Assembly (NCBI GenBank): GCA_041397625.1
Contig: JAWKWH010000005.1
Coordinates: 86,271-150,270, forward strand
From: Rhizobiaceae bacterium
GTDB lineage: Bacteria > Pseudomonadota > Alphaproteobacteria > Rhizobiales > Rhizobiaceae
DNA: 64,000 nt
Direction: 5' to 3'
Every line of letters begins with the position of its first letter. The first letter of the stretch is position 1. Shown piece after piece: positions 55,826 through 64,000 of this stretch. The notes under the pieces were generated by a model. That model worked only from the letters and a program-made list of their open reading frames with translations. It made no database searches and had not been told where the DNA came from. A program made the translations under genes and the position numbers.

Positions 55826-56162
55826 CCCGCACTTCCCGCGGCCGACCATGGATCTCGTCGACCGGCGTCATGCCCTGGCGCCGGGTGCCGAAGACGCTTT
55901 CCGCGCCTTCTCGACGGCGGTCTTTGCCGAAGGTGCCCTCGACGCGCGCACCAAGCAGCTTGTCGCCGTGGCGGTCGCCCATGTCACACAGTGTCCGTGG
56001 TGCATCGAAGGCCATGTCAAGGCGGCGCGGCGCGAGGGCGCTTCGGGAGAACAGATCATGGAGGCGATCTGGGTCGCATCCGAGATGCGCGCCGGCGCGG
56101 CCTGGGCGCACGCGCTGAAGGCCGTGGACCTGATCGGCGACGTGGAGAAGCAGGATACCTGA
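55818..56162 (+). CDS. AhpD-like / carboxymuconolactone decarboxylase family protein
   Basis: ORF 55722..56162 trimmed to ATG 55818 (8-nt overlap with the upstream stop). CxxC motif VTQCPWCIEGH. Confidence 0.78.
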   Translation: MSDPHFPRPTMDLVDRRHALAPGAEDAFRAFSTAVFAEGALDARTKQLVAVAVAHVTQCPWCIEGHVKAARREGASGEQIMEAIWVASEMRAGAAWAHALKAVDLIGDVEKQDT

Positions 56163-56602
56163 TGCCCCCGAGACCGCCCGTACCCGACGATCCCGGAGAG
56201 CGCATCCGTATCAAGCGGGTCTACAGGGCAGCGCGCGTATCCGACGGCAAGCGTATCCTTGTCGATCGCCTTTGGCCGCGCGGCGTGACGAAGGATCGCG
56301 CCCGGCTTTTTGCATGGTTGAAGGCAATCGCGCCAAGCGACGATCTTAGGCTGTGGTACCACGCCAATTCCGAACGATGGGGTGAGTTCGGCGTCCGCTA
56401 CAGGGCGGAACTTGCCGCCAGGGACGATCTGGTCCGTAAACTCGCGGAATATGCACGCGACGGCGTCGTCACGCTGCTCTACGCATCGAAGGACGAGGAA
56501 CACAACAACGCCGTCGTGTTGCAGGATCATTTGCGCCGCTGGCTCCAACGGGACGAGACCGGACATGACCGGCCGGCAGCGCGAGGTTTCACCGCCCTGT
56601 AA
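56162..56602 (+). CDS. DUF488-family protein
   Basis: ATG 56162 overlaps the AhpD-like stop (TGATG). DRLWPRGV and LLYASKDEEHNNA motifs typical of DUF488. Confidence 0.75.
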   Translation: MPPRPPVPDDPGERIRIKRVYRAARVSDGKRILVDRLWPRGVTKDRARLFAWLKAIAPSDDLRLWYHANSERWGEFGVRYRAELAARDDLVRKLAEYARDGVVTLLYASKDEEHNNAVVLQDHLRRWLQRDETGHDRPAARGFTAL

Positions 56603-56643
56603 TGTCGCGGAGACCGCATCGGCGCGTTGCGCTTTGCCAGAAC

Positions 56644-56868
56644 CTGCATCGAAACGGAAATGCCGACCTGCAGGCGGCCAAGTCCATTCTTTCGCCGCTT
56701 CTGGCCCCGGGAACCACGGCAGCCAGTGTCAGCTAGCTGCGGCGCCTCAACCGGGAGTTCTTCTTCTGTTCGCTGCGGGAGGCCCAGATCCTCATCGAGC
56801 AATGGCGGGCCTTCTACAACACCAGGCGACCGCACAGCTCACTGCGATATCGGCCACCAGCGCCTGAA
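56644..56868 (+). pseudogene. Decayed C-terminal fragment of an rve-domain (IS3/IS481-like) transposase
   Basis: Frame read by hand: ...SLREAQILIEQWRAFYNTRRPHSSLRYRPPAPE (56737-56868), preceded by an in-frame TAG (56734-56736) and degenerate upstream sequence. No start codon. Confidence 0.7.
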
Positions 56869-57074
56869 AGCCATCTTGCCACCACCAATCCTGACAGCCT
56901 ACGCTGCCGGTCGGGCCATCCAATCACAGGTCCAAGTCCATGCCAGATCCTAACTCCGGTGCTGCACCACCAAAGGGATCCCGGTCACCATCTTGGTATC
57001 TCGATGCTATCTTGGGGTAGCCACATCATCAAACTCAACAACAGCCAAAATCCAAACTGGCCGATCGGTGCCAG

Positions 57075-57893
57075 CTAGTCGGGTCTGGTGAGAACCTGGT
57101 CACAAAAGATTCTGAAAAGCTGACCCAGGCTGTTGATGTTCAGCTTTTCATAAACGTTTTTCCTGTGGACCTTGAGGGTACCCTCTGTGATTCCAAGTAC
57201 CTGGGCAGCCGATGCGGTCGAATGTCCGCGAAGCAATAGGCGCACGACGCTTTGCTCCCGTTCGGACAACGTTTCCTTCTGAAAATTGCGGAATGCATCC
57301 TCAAGGACAATGCCGCGTCTGCTCGTTTGGGCGGTTGGGCGGCGTGACGGGGAAAGGAGCGAGCGCCAATGGCGCGCGGCCAATTCATTCAGTAGCGGTG
57401 TAAATGTCCCGAGGTCCGATACCTCTTCCTGTGAAAAAACGTCCCTGCCGAGTGCGCGCATCATCGAAATGACCACGTGGATTCCATCCGTAATGCGTAG
57501 AATGAAAACGATCTCTTCCGCCAGCGATCCAGATTTCGGGGAAACACAAGGATGGTAGTGCGCCGTTCCGGCGAAATCCGCGCCATAATATTCATCAGGT
57601 GCCAAATCGACCAATCGATACAGGCCCGGTTCGACTGACGCGCTACAGGCGACATAGACGGCGTCCAGAAGATAGCCGCCCTCAAGAAAGTTTTTCACCA
57701 CGGTTTCCGAAGCGACTTCGCGCAGATTGTCGTGGATCAGGATCGGTCGGTCTTCGCCAATGTATCCGACCACCGCAAAATAATCGAAATCGGAGAGCTC
57801 CCGAAGCATGTCTACCAGCGCTGCGCCGAAAGTCTCATTTCTTTCCGCCGACAACAGCCGCGTCGCAAATTTGATGGCTACTTCAGAATCCAT
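57075..57893 (-). CDS. LuxR/GerE-family transcriptional regulator with an uncharacterised N-terminal domain
   Basis: C-terminal HTH (LSEREQSVVRLLLRGHSTASAAQVLGITEGTLKVHRKNVYEKL). Gene is visibly more AT-rich than its surroundings. Confidence 0.82.
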   Translation of the reverse strand: MDSEVAIKFATRLLSAERNETFGAALVDMLRELSDFDYFAVVGYIGEDRPILIHDNLREVASETVVKNFLEGGYLLDAVYVACSASVEPGLYRLVDLAPDEYYGADFAGTAHYHPCVSPKSGSLAEEIVFILRITDGIHVVISMMRALGRDVFSQEEVSDLGTFTPLLNELAARHWRSLLSPSRRPTAQTSRRGIVLEDAFRNFQKETLSEREQSVVRLLLRGHSTASAAQVLGITEGTLKVHRKNVYEKLNINSLGQLFRIFCDQVLTRPD

Positions 57894-58087
57894 CCCCGGT
57901 CGGTTGCCTCATATCCACTAGGCTTATTCGACCTAGCTTGACTGTGAACTCAGCGCGCGGGCGCTGTTCCGCATGTGAGGCATGGTATTTAATACCGTTG
58001 GCTTCGACCACCCCTGCGTCGGGCGAAACGCGTGGAAGGTTCGTATGTTGCGCGGCCGCCGAAAACCGGCAAAGGCTGATCGCCTTC

Positions 58088-59719
58088 CTAGTGGCTGGGA
58101 CGATGCTCGGGCTCCAATGTACGGCCACGGATACAATCCGCCAGTTTTTCGGCGACCATCAGCGTTGGGCATTGCAAATTGCCGCTTGTGACATGGCGCA
58201 TCACCGAGGCGTCCACGACCCGAAGGCCGGTGACGCCATGAACCCGGCCCTCTGCATCGACTGCGCTGTCCTCGCCGATCCCCATCCGGCAACTGCAAGA
58301 CGGGTGATATTGCGTGCCCGCTACGGATTTCAACCAGGTCAGAACCTCATCGTCACTCAGACGGCGCAAGGACGGGCATTGCGGCGTGCCCCTGAACTCG
58401 TCCCAGGCCCGTTGATGCGCGATCTCGTCGGTACGCTTGACGCCGGCGACCAGAATCCGCCGGTCTTCGGGATGGTTCAGATAGTTGTGCACGATTTCTG
58501 GATGCTGACGCGGGTCAGCCGAGCGCAACCGCACATGGCCTTGGCTTTTCGGGCGCATCAGGCAGGTCGAGAACTGGAAGCCGTCGGTCACGCGCAGGTC
58601 GCCGCTTATGAAATCCCCCAGCATGGGCAGGAACTCGTGCTGCATATCCGGATGTTCCGCGTCATCGCTGCTACGGAAGAACGCACCGGTTTCCCACAGA
58701 TTGCTGGCCCCAAGCCCGCGCCGCGCGAAGAGCCATTGCGCTCCGATCAATCCCATCTTCACCAAGTTCATATTGACCGCCGGCGACACGCCGGTGCGCG
58801 ACGCCGCATAGGCGATCGGAACGGCGGGGTGATCCTCCAGATGTCGTCCCACCGCCGGCACATGCGCCACAGTGTCAATCCCGTGTTCGCGCAAGTGGTC
58901 GCCATCGCCAACCCCAGACAGCATCAAAATATGCGGCGAGCAATAGGCTCCGCCACTGACAACGACTTCTTTGTGTGCCTCGACAAATTGACTGGTGCCC
59001 GCCGATTCGTACTCAACGCCGACCGCACGTCCTGAACCGTCGAACCGAATGCGGGTAGCCATGGCATTCAACCGCAGCTCGACCCCGCGCTGCCGCATCG
59101 CCGGACGCAGATAGGCCCGCGCCGAACTGGCGCGGACACCATGGTCGATATTGGCCTGATAGCGGTGTATGCCCTCTTGGCGGCGGCCATTATAGTCCTT
59201 GTTATAGGAAAGTCCGTACTGCTGGCCCGCTTCGAGATATGCGTGGTATAGTGCGTGCTCAGCCCTGAGCGACGTAATCCGAACCGGGCCATCACCGCCG
59301 CGATATGCATCTGCGCCGCCGTCGAAGCTTTCGAGCTTCTTGAAATACGGCAGGCAATGGGCATAAGACCACCCGGTCAGACCTTCCGAAGCCCATTCAT
59401 CGAAATCCCGTGCGTTGCCTCGGACATAAACCATCCCGTTGATCGAGGATGAACCGCCAAGAATCCTGCCTCGCACATGATGGATTTCCCGGTCGTCCAT
59501 GTTTGGCTCCGGCCCGGTATCGAACCCCCAGGTCCATTTCTTGTTCATGAGCGGATAGCCGAGCGCACCGGGCATCCTGATATAGATCGACAAGTCGGTG
59601 GGACCGGCTTCGAGCACCAGAACCGAGGTACCTTTGTCCTCGCTCAGACGCGCGGCGACCACGGACCCCGCAGCGCCTGAACCTATGACAACGTAATCGT
59701 AGCTCTTTGTTTGTCTCAC
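58088..59719 (-). CDS. GMC-family FAD oxidoreductase (choline dehydrogenase-like)
   Basis: GTG start overlapping the upstream stop (GTGA). N-terminal YDYVVIGSGAAGS and GMC signature regions. Confidence 0.88.
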   Translation of the reverse strand: MRQTKSYDYVVIGSGAAGSVVAARLSEDKGTSVLVLEAGPTDLSIYIRMPGALGYPLMNKKWTWGFDTGPEPNMDDREIHHVRGRILGGSSSINGMVYVRGNARDFDEWASEGLTGWSYAHCLPYFKKLESFDGGADAYRGGDGPVRITSLRAEHALYHAYLEAGQQYGLSYNKDYNGRRQEGIHRYQANIDHGVRASSARAYLRPAMRQRGVELRLNAMATRIRFDGSGRAVGVEYESAGTSQFVEAHKEVVVSGGAYCSPHILMLSGVGDGDHLREHGIDTVAHVPAVGRHLEDHPAVPIAYAASRTGVSPAVNMNLVKMGLIGAQWLFARRGLGASNLWETGAFFRSSDDAEHPDMQHEFLPMLGDFISGDLRVTDGFQFSTCLMRPKSQGHVRLRSADPRQHPEIVHNYLNHPEDRRILVAGVKRTDEIAHQRAWDEFRGTPQCPSLRRLSDDEVLTWLKSVAGTQYHPSCSCRMGIGEDSAVDAEGRVHGVTGLRVVDASVMRHVTSGNLQCPTLMVAEKLADCIRGRTLEPEHRPSH

Positions 59720-60786
59720 CGCTTCAGAACCACAAGATCTTCGGGGTTCCAGGTAAGCCCAACACGTTCCCCCGCCCTGGGCAGCCGAGAGGTACCGAGC
59801 AGTTGAACGCGAAAACTCAGTCCGCCCAGGTCAACCTCGACAAAGGCGCGGCTGCCCATATAGGCCTCGGACACGACGACAGCTCGTGCCTTGCAGGCTG
59901 CTGTGTCGTCGGCGGCAACAAAGCGCACTGCTTCGGGGCGGATCGATAGCGTCACCTTCTCATCTGTCTGGAAATCGTCATCAGCGGCGGATTCGATCTT
60001 CAGCCCATTTCTGGTAGCGACGGTAACTCGGCTCTCGCCGACCGCCTCGATCCGACCCTCGACGAGGTTGGTCTCGCCAAGAAACTTGGCAGCAAAGAGC
60101 GTGCGTGGCCGGCGATACATCTGATGAGGCTCGTCGATCTGAACGATCCGACCTTTTTCCACCAGTGCAATCCGGTCTGACAGGATCAACGCCTCGTCCT
60201 GGTCATGAGTCACATAAAGGAAGGCGGCGCCCGTCGCCTCATGGATGCGCTTCAGTTCGACCAGCATATGTTGGCGGATCTTGAGGTCCAGGGCCGCCAG
60301 CGGCTCGTCGAGCAACAGTACTTGGGGTTCATTGACCAGCGCGCGTGCGAGCGCGACGCGTTGGCACTGACCGCCCGACAACTCGTCGATAAAGCGGTCG
60401 CGGAGTGCTTCGAGCTGAACAATCTGGATCATGCGGTTGACCCGGTCTGCGATATCCGCCTTGCCCAGCCCCTTGACGCGAAGCCCAAATGCCACGTTCT
60501 CGAATACGTTGAGATGCGGAAACAGGGCATACCGTTGGAAAACCATGTTCACCGGGCGTTTTTCGGGCGGGGTGCCGTTGGCGACCTTGCCCGCGATCTT
60601 AACTTCGCCCTCGGTCGGATCTTCGAACCCGGCGACCAACCGCATGAGCGTACTCTTGCCGCAGCCCGACGGCCCCAGAAGCGTGACGATCTCACCTTCG
60701 CCAATTGTCAGATCGACGTTGGTCAGGGCGGCAAATGACCCGAAAAATTTGCTGACACCTTCAATTTCAACGATGTTTCTGGTCAT
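59716..60786 (-). CDS. ABC transporter ATPase (PotA-like)
   Basis: Walker [10 protein letters not shown], signature LSGGQCQRVALARA, Walker B VLLLDEP, TOBE-type C-terminus. Confidence 0.9.
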   Translation of the reverse strand: MTRNIVEIEGVSKFFGSFAALTNVDLTIGEGEIVTLLGPSGCGKSTLMRLVAGFEDPTEGEVKIAGKVANGTPPEKRPVNMVFQRYALFPHLNVFENVAFGLRVKGLGKADIADRVNRMIQIVQLEALRDRFIDELSGGQCQRVALARALVNEPQVLLLDEPLAALDLKIRQHMLVELKRIHEATGAAFLYVTHDQDEALILSDRIALVEKGRIVQIDEPHQMYRRPRTLFAAKFLGETNLVEGRIEAVGESRVTVATRNGLKIESAADDDFQTDEKVTLSIRPEAVRFVAADDTAACKARAVVVSEAYMGSRAFVEVDLGGLSFRVQLLGTSRLPRAGERVGLTWNPEDLVVLKR

Positions 60787-61580
60787 CAGTCTAGATCCGT
60801 GTTTGCAAGAGCGTTGGCGGTGCTCCGGCGGCGAACGGCGATCAGCCAGGCGACCACAAGAAGACCGACGGTGATGGCCAGGGCCAGCCCCGAAACCGCA
60901 TTGATTACCGGTGTGACCGTGCGCCTCATCATCGACCAGATGAACATTGGCAGCGTAGTTTCAGTGCCCGAGACGAAGGAGGTCACAATGAATTCGTCAA
61001 AGGACAGCGCGAAGGCTAGGATACCGGTGGCCACCAGCGTCGGCGCCATCAACGGAATTGTGACCCGCCGGAATGTACCGATGGTGCTGGCCCCGAGGTC
61101 ACGGGCGGCTTCCTCCAGCGCGGGATCAAACAACGCGAGCCGTGCCCGCATGGCCACCATGACCATCGGTACGGTCAACAATGTATGGGCAATCACAATG
61201 GTCCAGATCGACAGCTGGATCCTGGCCTGAGAGAACCCCACCAGAAGCGATACCCCCAAGAACAACGCTGGCAGGGCGATGGGAATGATACAGGCCAGTT
61301 CGAGAATCGTCCGCCCGCGACGCTCGAGCCTGAGCCATGCGAGCGATGCCGCGGTGCCAATCACCATGGTGATGATCGAGGTCAGCAGAGCCACTTTGAA
61401 GCTGAACCAGATGGCGCCGAGAAGCTGGTCGTTGGACAGAAGTTCCGAATACCAGCGCAGACTGAATCCGGTAAACGGAAAGGACAGCGACTGCGATTCG
61501 TGGAAGCTGAACAGGACGATGATCACCACCGGGCCGATCAGGAAAAGCAGGATCAGAAAGACGACCAGTCTTAGCAGCAT
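60786..61580 (-). CDS. ABC transporter permease (PotC-like)
   Basis: Six-TM permease with EAA loop LEEAARDLGASTIGTF. Confidence 0.88.
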   Translation of the reverse strand: MLLRLVVFLILLFLIGPVVIIVLFSFHESQSLSFPFTGFSLRWYSELLSNDQLLGAIWFSFKVALLTSIITMVIGTAASLAWLRLERRGRTILELACIIPIALPALFLGVSLLVGFSQARIQLSIWTIVIAHTLLTVPMVMVAMRARLALFDPALEEAARDLGASTIGTFRRVTIPLMAPTLVATGILAFALSFDEFIVTSFVSGTETTLPMFIWSMMRRTVTPVINAVSGLALAITVGLLVVAWLIAVRRRSTANALANTDLD

Positions 61581-61592
61581 GATCTCAACTCC

Positions 61593-62486
61593 TCAGGATG
61601 CGCGATTGCGGAGCTTTTTTGGCGCCAGACCCGTTGCGCGCAGCGTCGTAACCAGAACCACATAGACACCGGCCGACATGGCGAACATGATAAACGCCTG
61701 CGCCGCACCCAGAGGCCAGTTGCCGCTTTTTCGGAAGTAGTCGGCAATCAGAAGCCCGGTGGTCTGACCGGTCGTTCCGCCCAGCATCTGTGGCGTCACA
61801 TAATCTCCCGCCACCAGCAGGAAGGTGAGCATGAAGGCACCGATCAGGCCATTCACCGCATTGGGTGCGATCACCTTGAAGAACGCGCCGGACGCACTGG
61901 TTCCAAGGTCGCGCGAAGCTGCAATGAGATCGGGTTTGATCTCGCTGAACGAGGACATCACGAGAAGAATGCAAAACGGAAGATAGATTTGTGTAAGCGC
62001 AATGATCACCGCAAAGCGGCTGAACAAGAGCGCATCTATTGGCGCATCGACAATGCCTGCTTGTATGAGCAGCGTATTGAGCAATCCGTTGGTGCCCAGT
62101 AGCGTCCGCCAAGCGTAAATCCGGACGAGATAGCTTGAGAACCAGGTCAGCAGGATCGCATAGAAGATCATTTTCGATTTGGCGACGTAGACAAGGTAAT
62201 AGCAGACCGGCACCGCCAGGACGACGCAGATGGTGGCGGTCACCACCCCGATCAGCAGCGCGTTCCAGGTGACACTTAGAAACAGCGGAGATGTGACCGA
62301 CGAAATGTAATTGTCCAGCGACAGGTCCGGCTGGATACGAAATCCGCTAACGGTCCAGAAACTGTAGACCAGCAGAAACCCCGCCGGCACGAAGAAAAAG
62401 GCCAGCATGTAGCCGACCGCGGGCGAAGCGAGAATGGTCACGAGGAGTGGGCGTTGCTGCACGGCAAGTTCTCCTTCTGGTGCCAC
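61593..62486 (-). CDS. ABC transporter permease (PotB-like)
   Basis: Six-TM permease with EAA-like loop (LIAASRDLGTSASGAFF). Confidence 0.88.
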   Translation of the reverse strand: MAPEGELAVQQRPLLVTILASPAVGYMLAFFFVPAGFLLVYSFWTVSGFRIQPDLSLDNYISSVTSPLFLSVTWNALLIGVVTATICVVLAVPVCYYLVYVAKSKMIFYAILLTWFSSYLVRIYAWRTLLGTNGLLNTLLIQAGIVDAPIDALLFSRFAVIIALTQIYLPFCILLVMSSFSEIKPDLIAASRDLGTSASGAFFKVIAPNAVNGLIGAFMLTFLLVAGDYVTPQMLGGTTGQTTGLLIADYFRKSGNWPLGAAQAFIMFAMSAGVYVVLVTTLRATGLAPKKLRNRAS

Positions 62487-62534
62487 CGCCGCCGGGAGAA
62501 GCGGCGGTGGCGTTTTGCAGGCCGAGGCGAGCGG

Positions 62535-63671
62535 CTATTGGCCTGCTTTGTAGGCTTGCCAAGCCTCCAGCCAATCACCGTAGCCAGCGACGGTATCGGA
62601 ACCTTCTGCAGGCGGGATGCCCGGGAGGCCAGCCGAAAATATCTGGCCGATCGAATCGTAGTCGATCCGCTCCAGCGCAGCGGCATCCATGAACTCCAGT
62701 GCCTTTTTCGACACCGGTGCCTGTTGCACCGCCATCGCAATCTGGGCTTGGACCTGTGGGTCGAGGCTCTGGTTGATAAAGGCGGTGGCCGTTTCCACAT
62801 TGTCGGACGAGATCGGGATGAACCAGGCATCGACCCAGACAATCGGCCCTTCCTCCGGGATTGCCATTTGCAGATCCACGCCGAGTTCCCGTGCCTGCGG
62901 TATTATGGCCGGATCGGCACATAGCACTGCGGCAATCTCGCCCGAAGCGAAGAAGTTCAGCATCTCGCCCATGTTGAGTGCGATGAGCCGCGCCTGATCG
63001 CGATATTTGGTCATTTCGGCGAAAGAGGCCTTCATTTCCTCCTTGCTGAGGTTCGGGAACTTTTCACCGAAGCCACCCAGCCGTGAAGTGATCGGCCAGA
63101 AGGAAGTGGTTTCATCCCAGATCGCGATCTTGCCCTTGAGCGACGGGTCAAGCAGGTCGGTATAGGAGGTCGGCTTGTCCATCAGCGCCGGGTTGTAGAG
63201 GATCGAGTTGATGCCCCAGACGTAAGGCGCGCCCCAGAGTTTGCCTTCGGACGCCCAGGCCGGCTGTTCGTAGAACACGTCAAACATGTTCTCGGCGTTG
63301 TAGTTCGGGATTGCTGCCGGATCGAGCGGCCTGATGATCCCCAACTCCTTGGCATAGAGATCGGCATAGGCCTGGTTGTATTCCGCCAGGTCGATAGGCG
63401 GCGGGTTGCCCGCCAGGAACTTGGTATGGACGTCCTCCTGGGTGGTCATGGTCGTGGTCTGAACGCTCACGCCGGTTGCTTCGCGCCAGGCGGCCAGTTC
63501 CTTGTTCAGATCGTAACCCTCCCAAGCCATGATCTGCAATTCCCCCCCCGGCGCGGCAAAGGCCGGGCCTGCGAACATACGTGCGCTGAACGCCCCGGCG
63601 ACACCGTAGGCGGATGTCTTCAGAAAAGTGCGCCGGCTGGCGTTAATTGCGTTTTTGTTTTCCTTTTTCAT
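62535..63671 (-). CDS. ABC transporter substrate-binding protein (PotD/PotF-like) with twin-arginine signal
   Basis: N-terminal SRRTFLKTSAYGVAGAF...AFA Tat-type signal. Family 1 solute-binding fold. Confidence 0.85.
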   Translation of the reverse strand: MKKENKNAINASRRTFLKTSAYGVAGAFSARMFAGPAFAAPGGELQIMAWEGYDLNKELAAWREATGVSVQTTTMTTQEDVHTKFLAGNPPPIDLAEYNQAYADLYAKELGIIRPLDPAAIPNYNAENMFDVFYEQPAWASEGKLWGAPYVWGINSILYNPALMDKPTSYTDLLDPSLKGKIAIWDETTSFWPITSRLGGFGEKFPNLSKEEMKASFAEMTKYRDQARLIALNMGEMLNFFASGEIAAVLCADPAIIPQARELGVDLQMAIPEEGPIVWVDAWFIPISSDNVETATAFINQSLDPQVQAQIAMAVQQAPVSKKALEFMDAAALERIDYDSIGQIFSAGLPGIPPAEGSDTVAGYGDWLEAWQAYKAGQ

Positions 63672-63737
63672 CTTTGGTCTCCTGTTGGTTTCATTGTCTC
63701 GATCGTTTGCCGATCAAAGAGGGCAATGCGCATTGGG

Positions 63738-64000
63738 CTACTGATGGAGCTTCACAAACACTGACTTGCTTTCCATGAATTCCAGCAGGCCTTCGAGGCC
63801 GTTTTCCCGGCCAATGCCGCTGGCCTTCATTCCGCCGAAGGGAAGCTGCGGAACGGTTTCCAGATAGGTGTTGATGTAGACGGACCCGCTCTTCAGGCGG
63901 CGCGAAACGGAATGGGCGCGCCTGAGGTCATTTGTCCAAACGCCGTTGGCCAGTCCGTAATCTGTGTCATTTGCGATGCGAACAGCGTCGTCTTCGTCCT
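63738..64000 (-). CDS. Aldehyde dehydrogenase, C-terminal part (gene continues beyond the window)
   Basis: Hand translation of the minus strand: ...DTDYGLANGVWTNDLRRAHSVSRRLKSGSVYINTY...PFGGMKASGIGRENGLEGLLEFMESKSVFVKLHQ*. Stop at 63738-63740. Confidence 0.85.
   Translation of the reverse strand, partial: DEDDAVRIANDTDYGLANGVWTNDLRRAHSVSRRLKSGSVYINTYLETVPQLPFGGMKASGIGRENGLEGLLEFMESKSVFVKLHQ

Noticed and set aside
57984-57996. GGTATT-T-AATACC palindrome between the LuxR-type gene and the GMC gene, reminiscent of the NagQ and nsrR-promoter repeats
   Set aside because: Short, a single occurrence, and with different spacing from either motif. Insufficient to call an operator.

Overview
High-GC, densely coding chromosomal window. 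The gene content looks alphaproteobacterial and Rhizobiales-like, which is inference only. No rRNA, tRNA or CRISPR array was seen.

Content from left to right:
1. potFGHI putrescine ABC importer plus a glutamine-synthetase-like (gamma-glutamyl-polyamine synthetase type) gene.
2. hiuH-xdhA-xdhB-xdhC purine-oxidation operon.
3. scoAB CoA-transferase.
4. GlcNAc/MurNAc locus: nagA, a SIS deaminase, a HutC-type GntR regulator and nagK, divergent from murQ and a sugar ABC importer. The shared promoter carries two TGGTATT-N4-TGGTATT operators.
5. msrB-msrA-selO, followed by a small conserved gene split by a 306-bp TA-flanked MITE.
6. A Na+/H+ antiporter.
7. About 26.5-50 kb, the most interesting part: a roughly 23-kb block that appears to be an undescribed N-heterocycle / orotate catabolic island.
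   - An NMT1/THI5-type ABC importer.
   - ubiX, a UbiD-family decarboxylase, and two tandem amidohydrolase_2 paralogs, one of which lacks the HxH metal motif.
   - A three-subunit molybdenum hydroxylase translationally coupled to a COG0523 GTPase.
   - A GntR/FCD regulator whose perfect 12-bp palindrome occurs four times.
   - A tightly coupled operon dctPQM-pyrK-pyrD(class 1B)-M20 carbamoyl-amino-acid hydrolase-pyrC, then pyrE-orf-pyrF(type 2), divergent from an XRE regulator.
8. nsrR-ccoNOQP-orf52-DUF2189, divergent from a truncated-haemoglobin / hemerythrin / AhpD-like / DUF488 operon.
9. A decayed transposase fragment and a visibly more AT-rich orphan LuxR-type gene.
10. An aldehyde dehydrogenase, Pot-like ABC importer and GMC oxidoreductase operon that runs off the right edge.

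Many long ORFs in the supplied track are antisense shadows typical of high-GC DNA and were not called.
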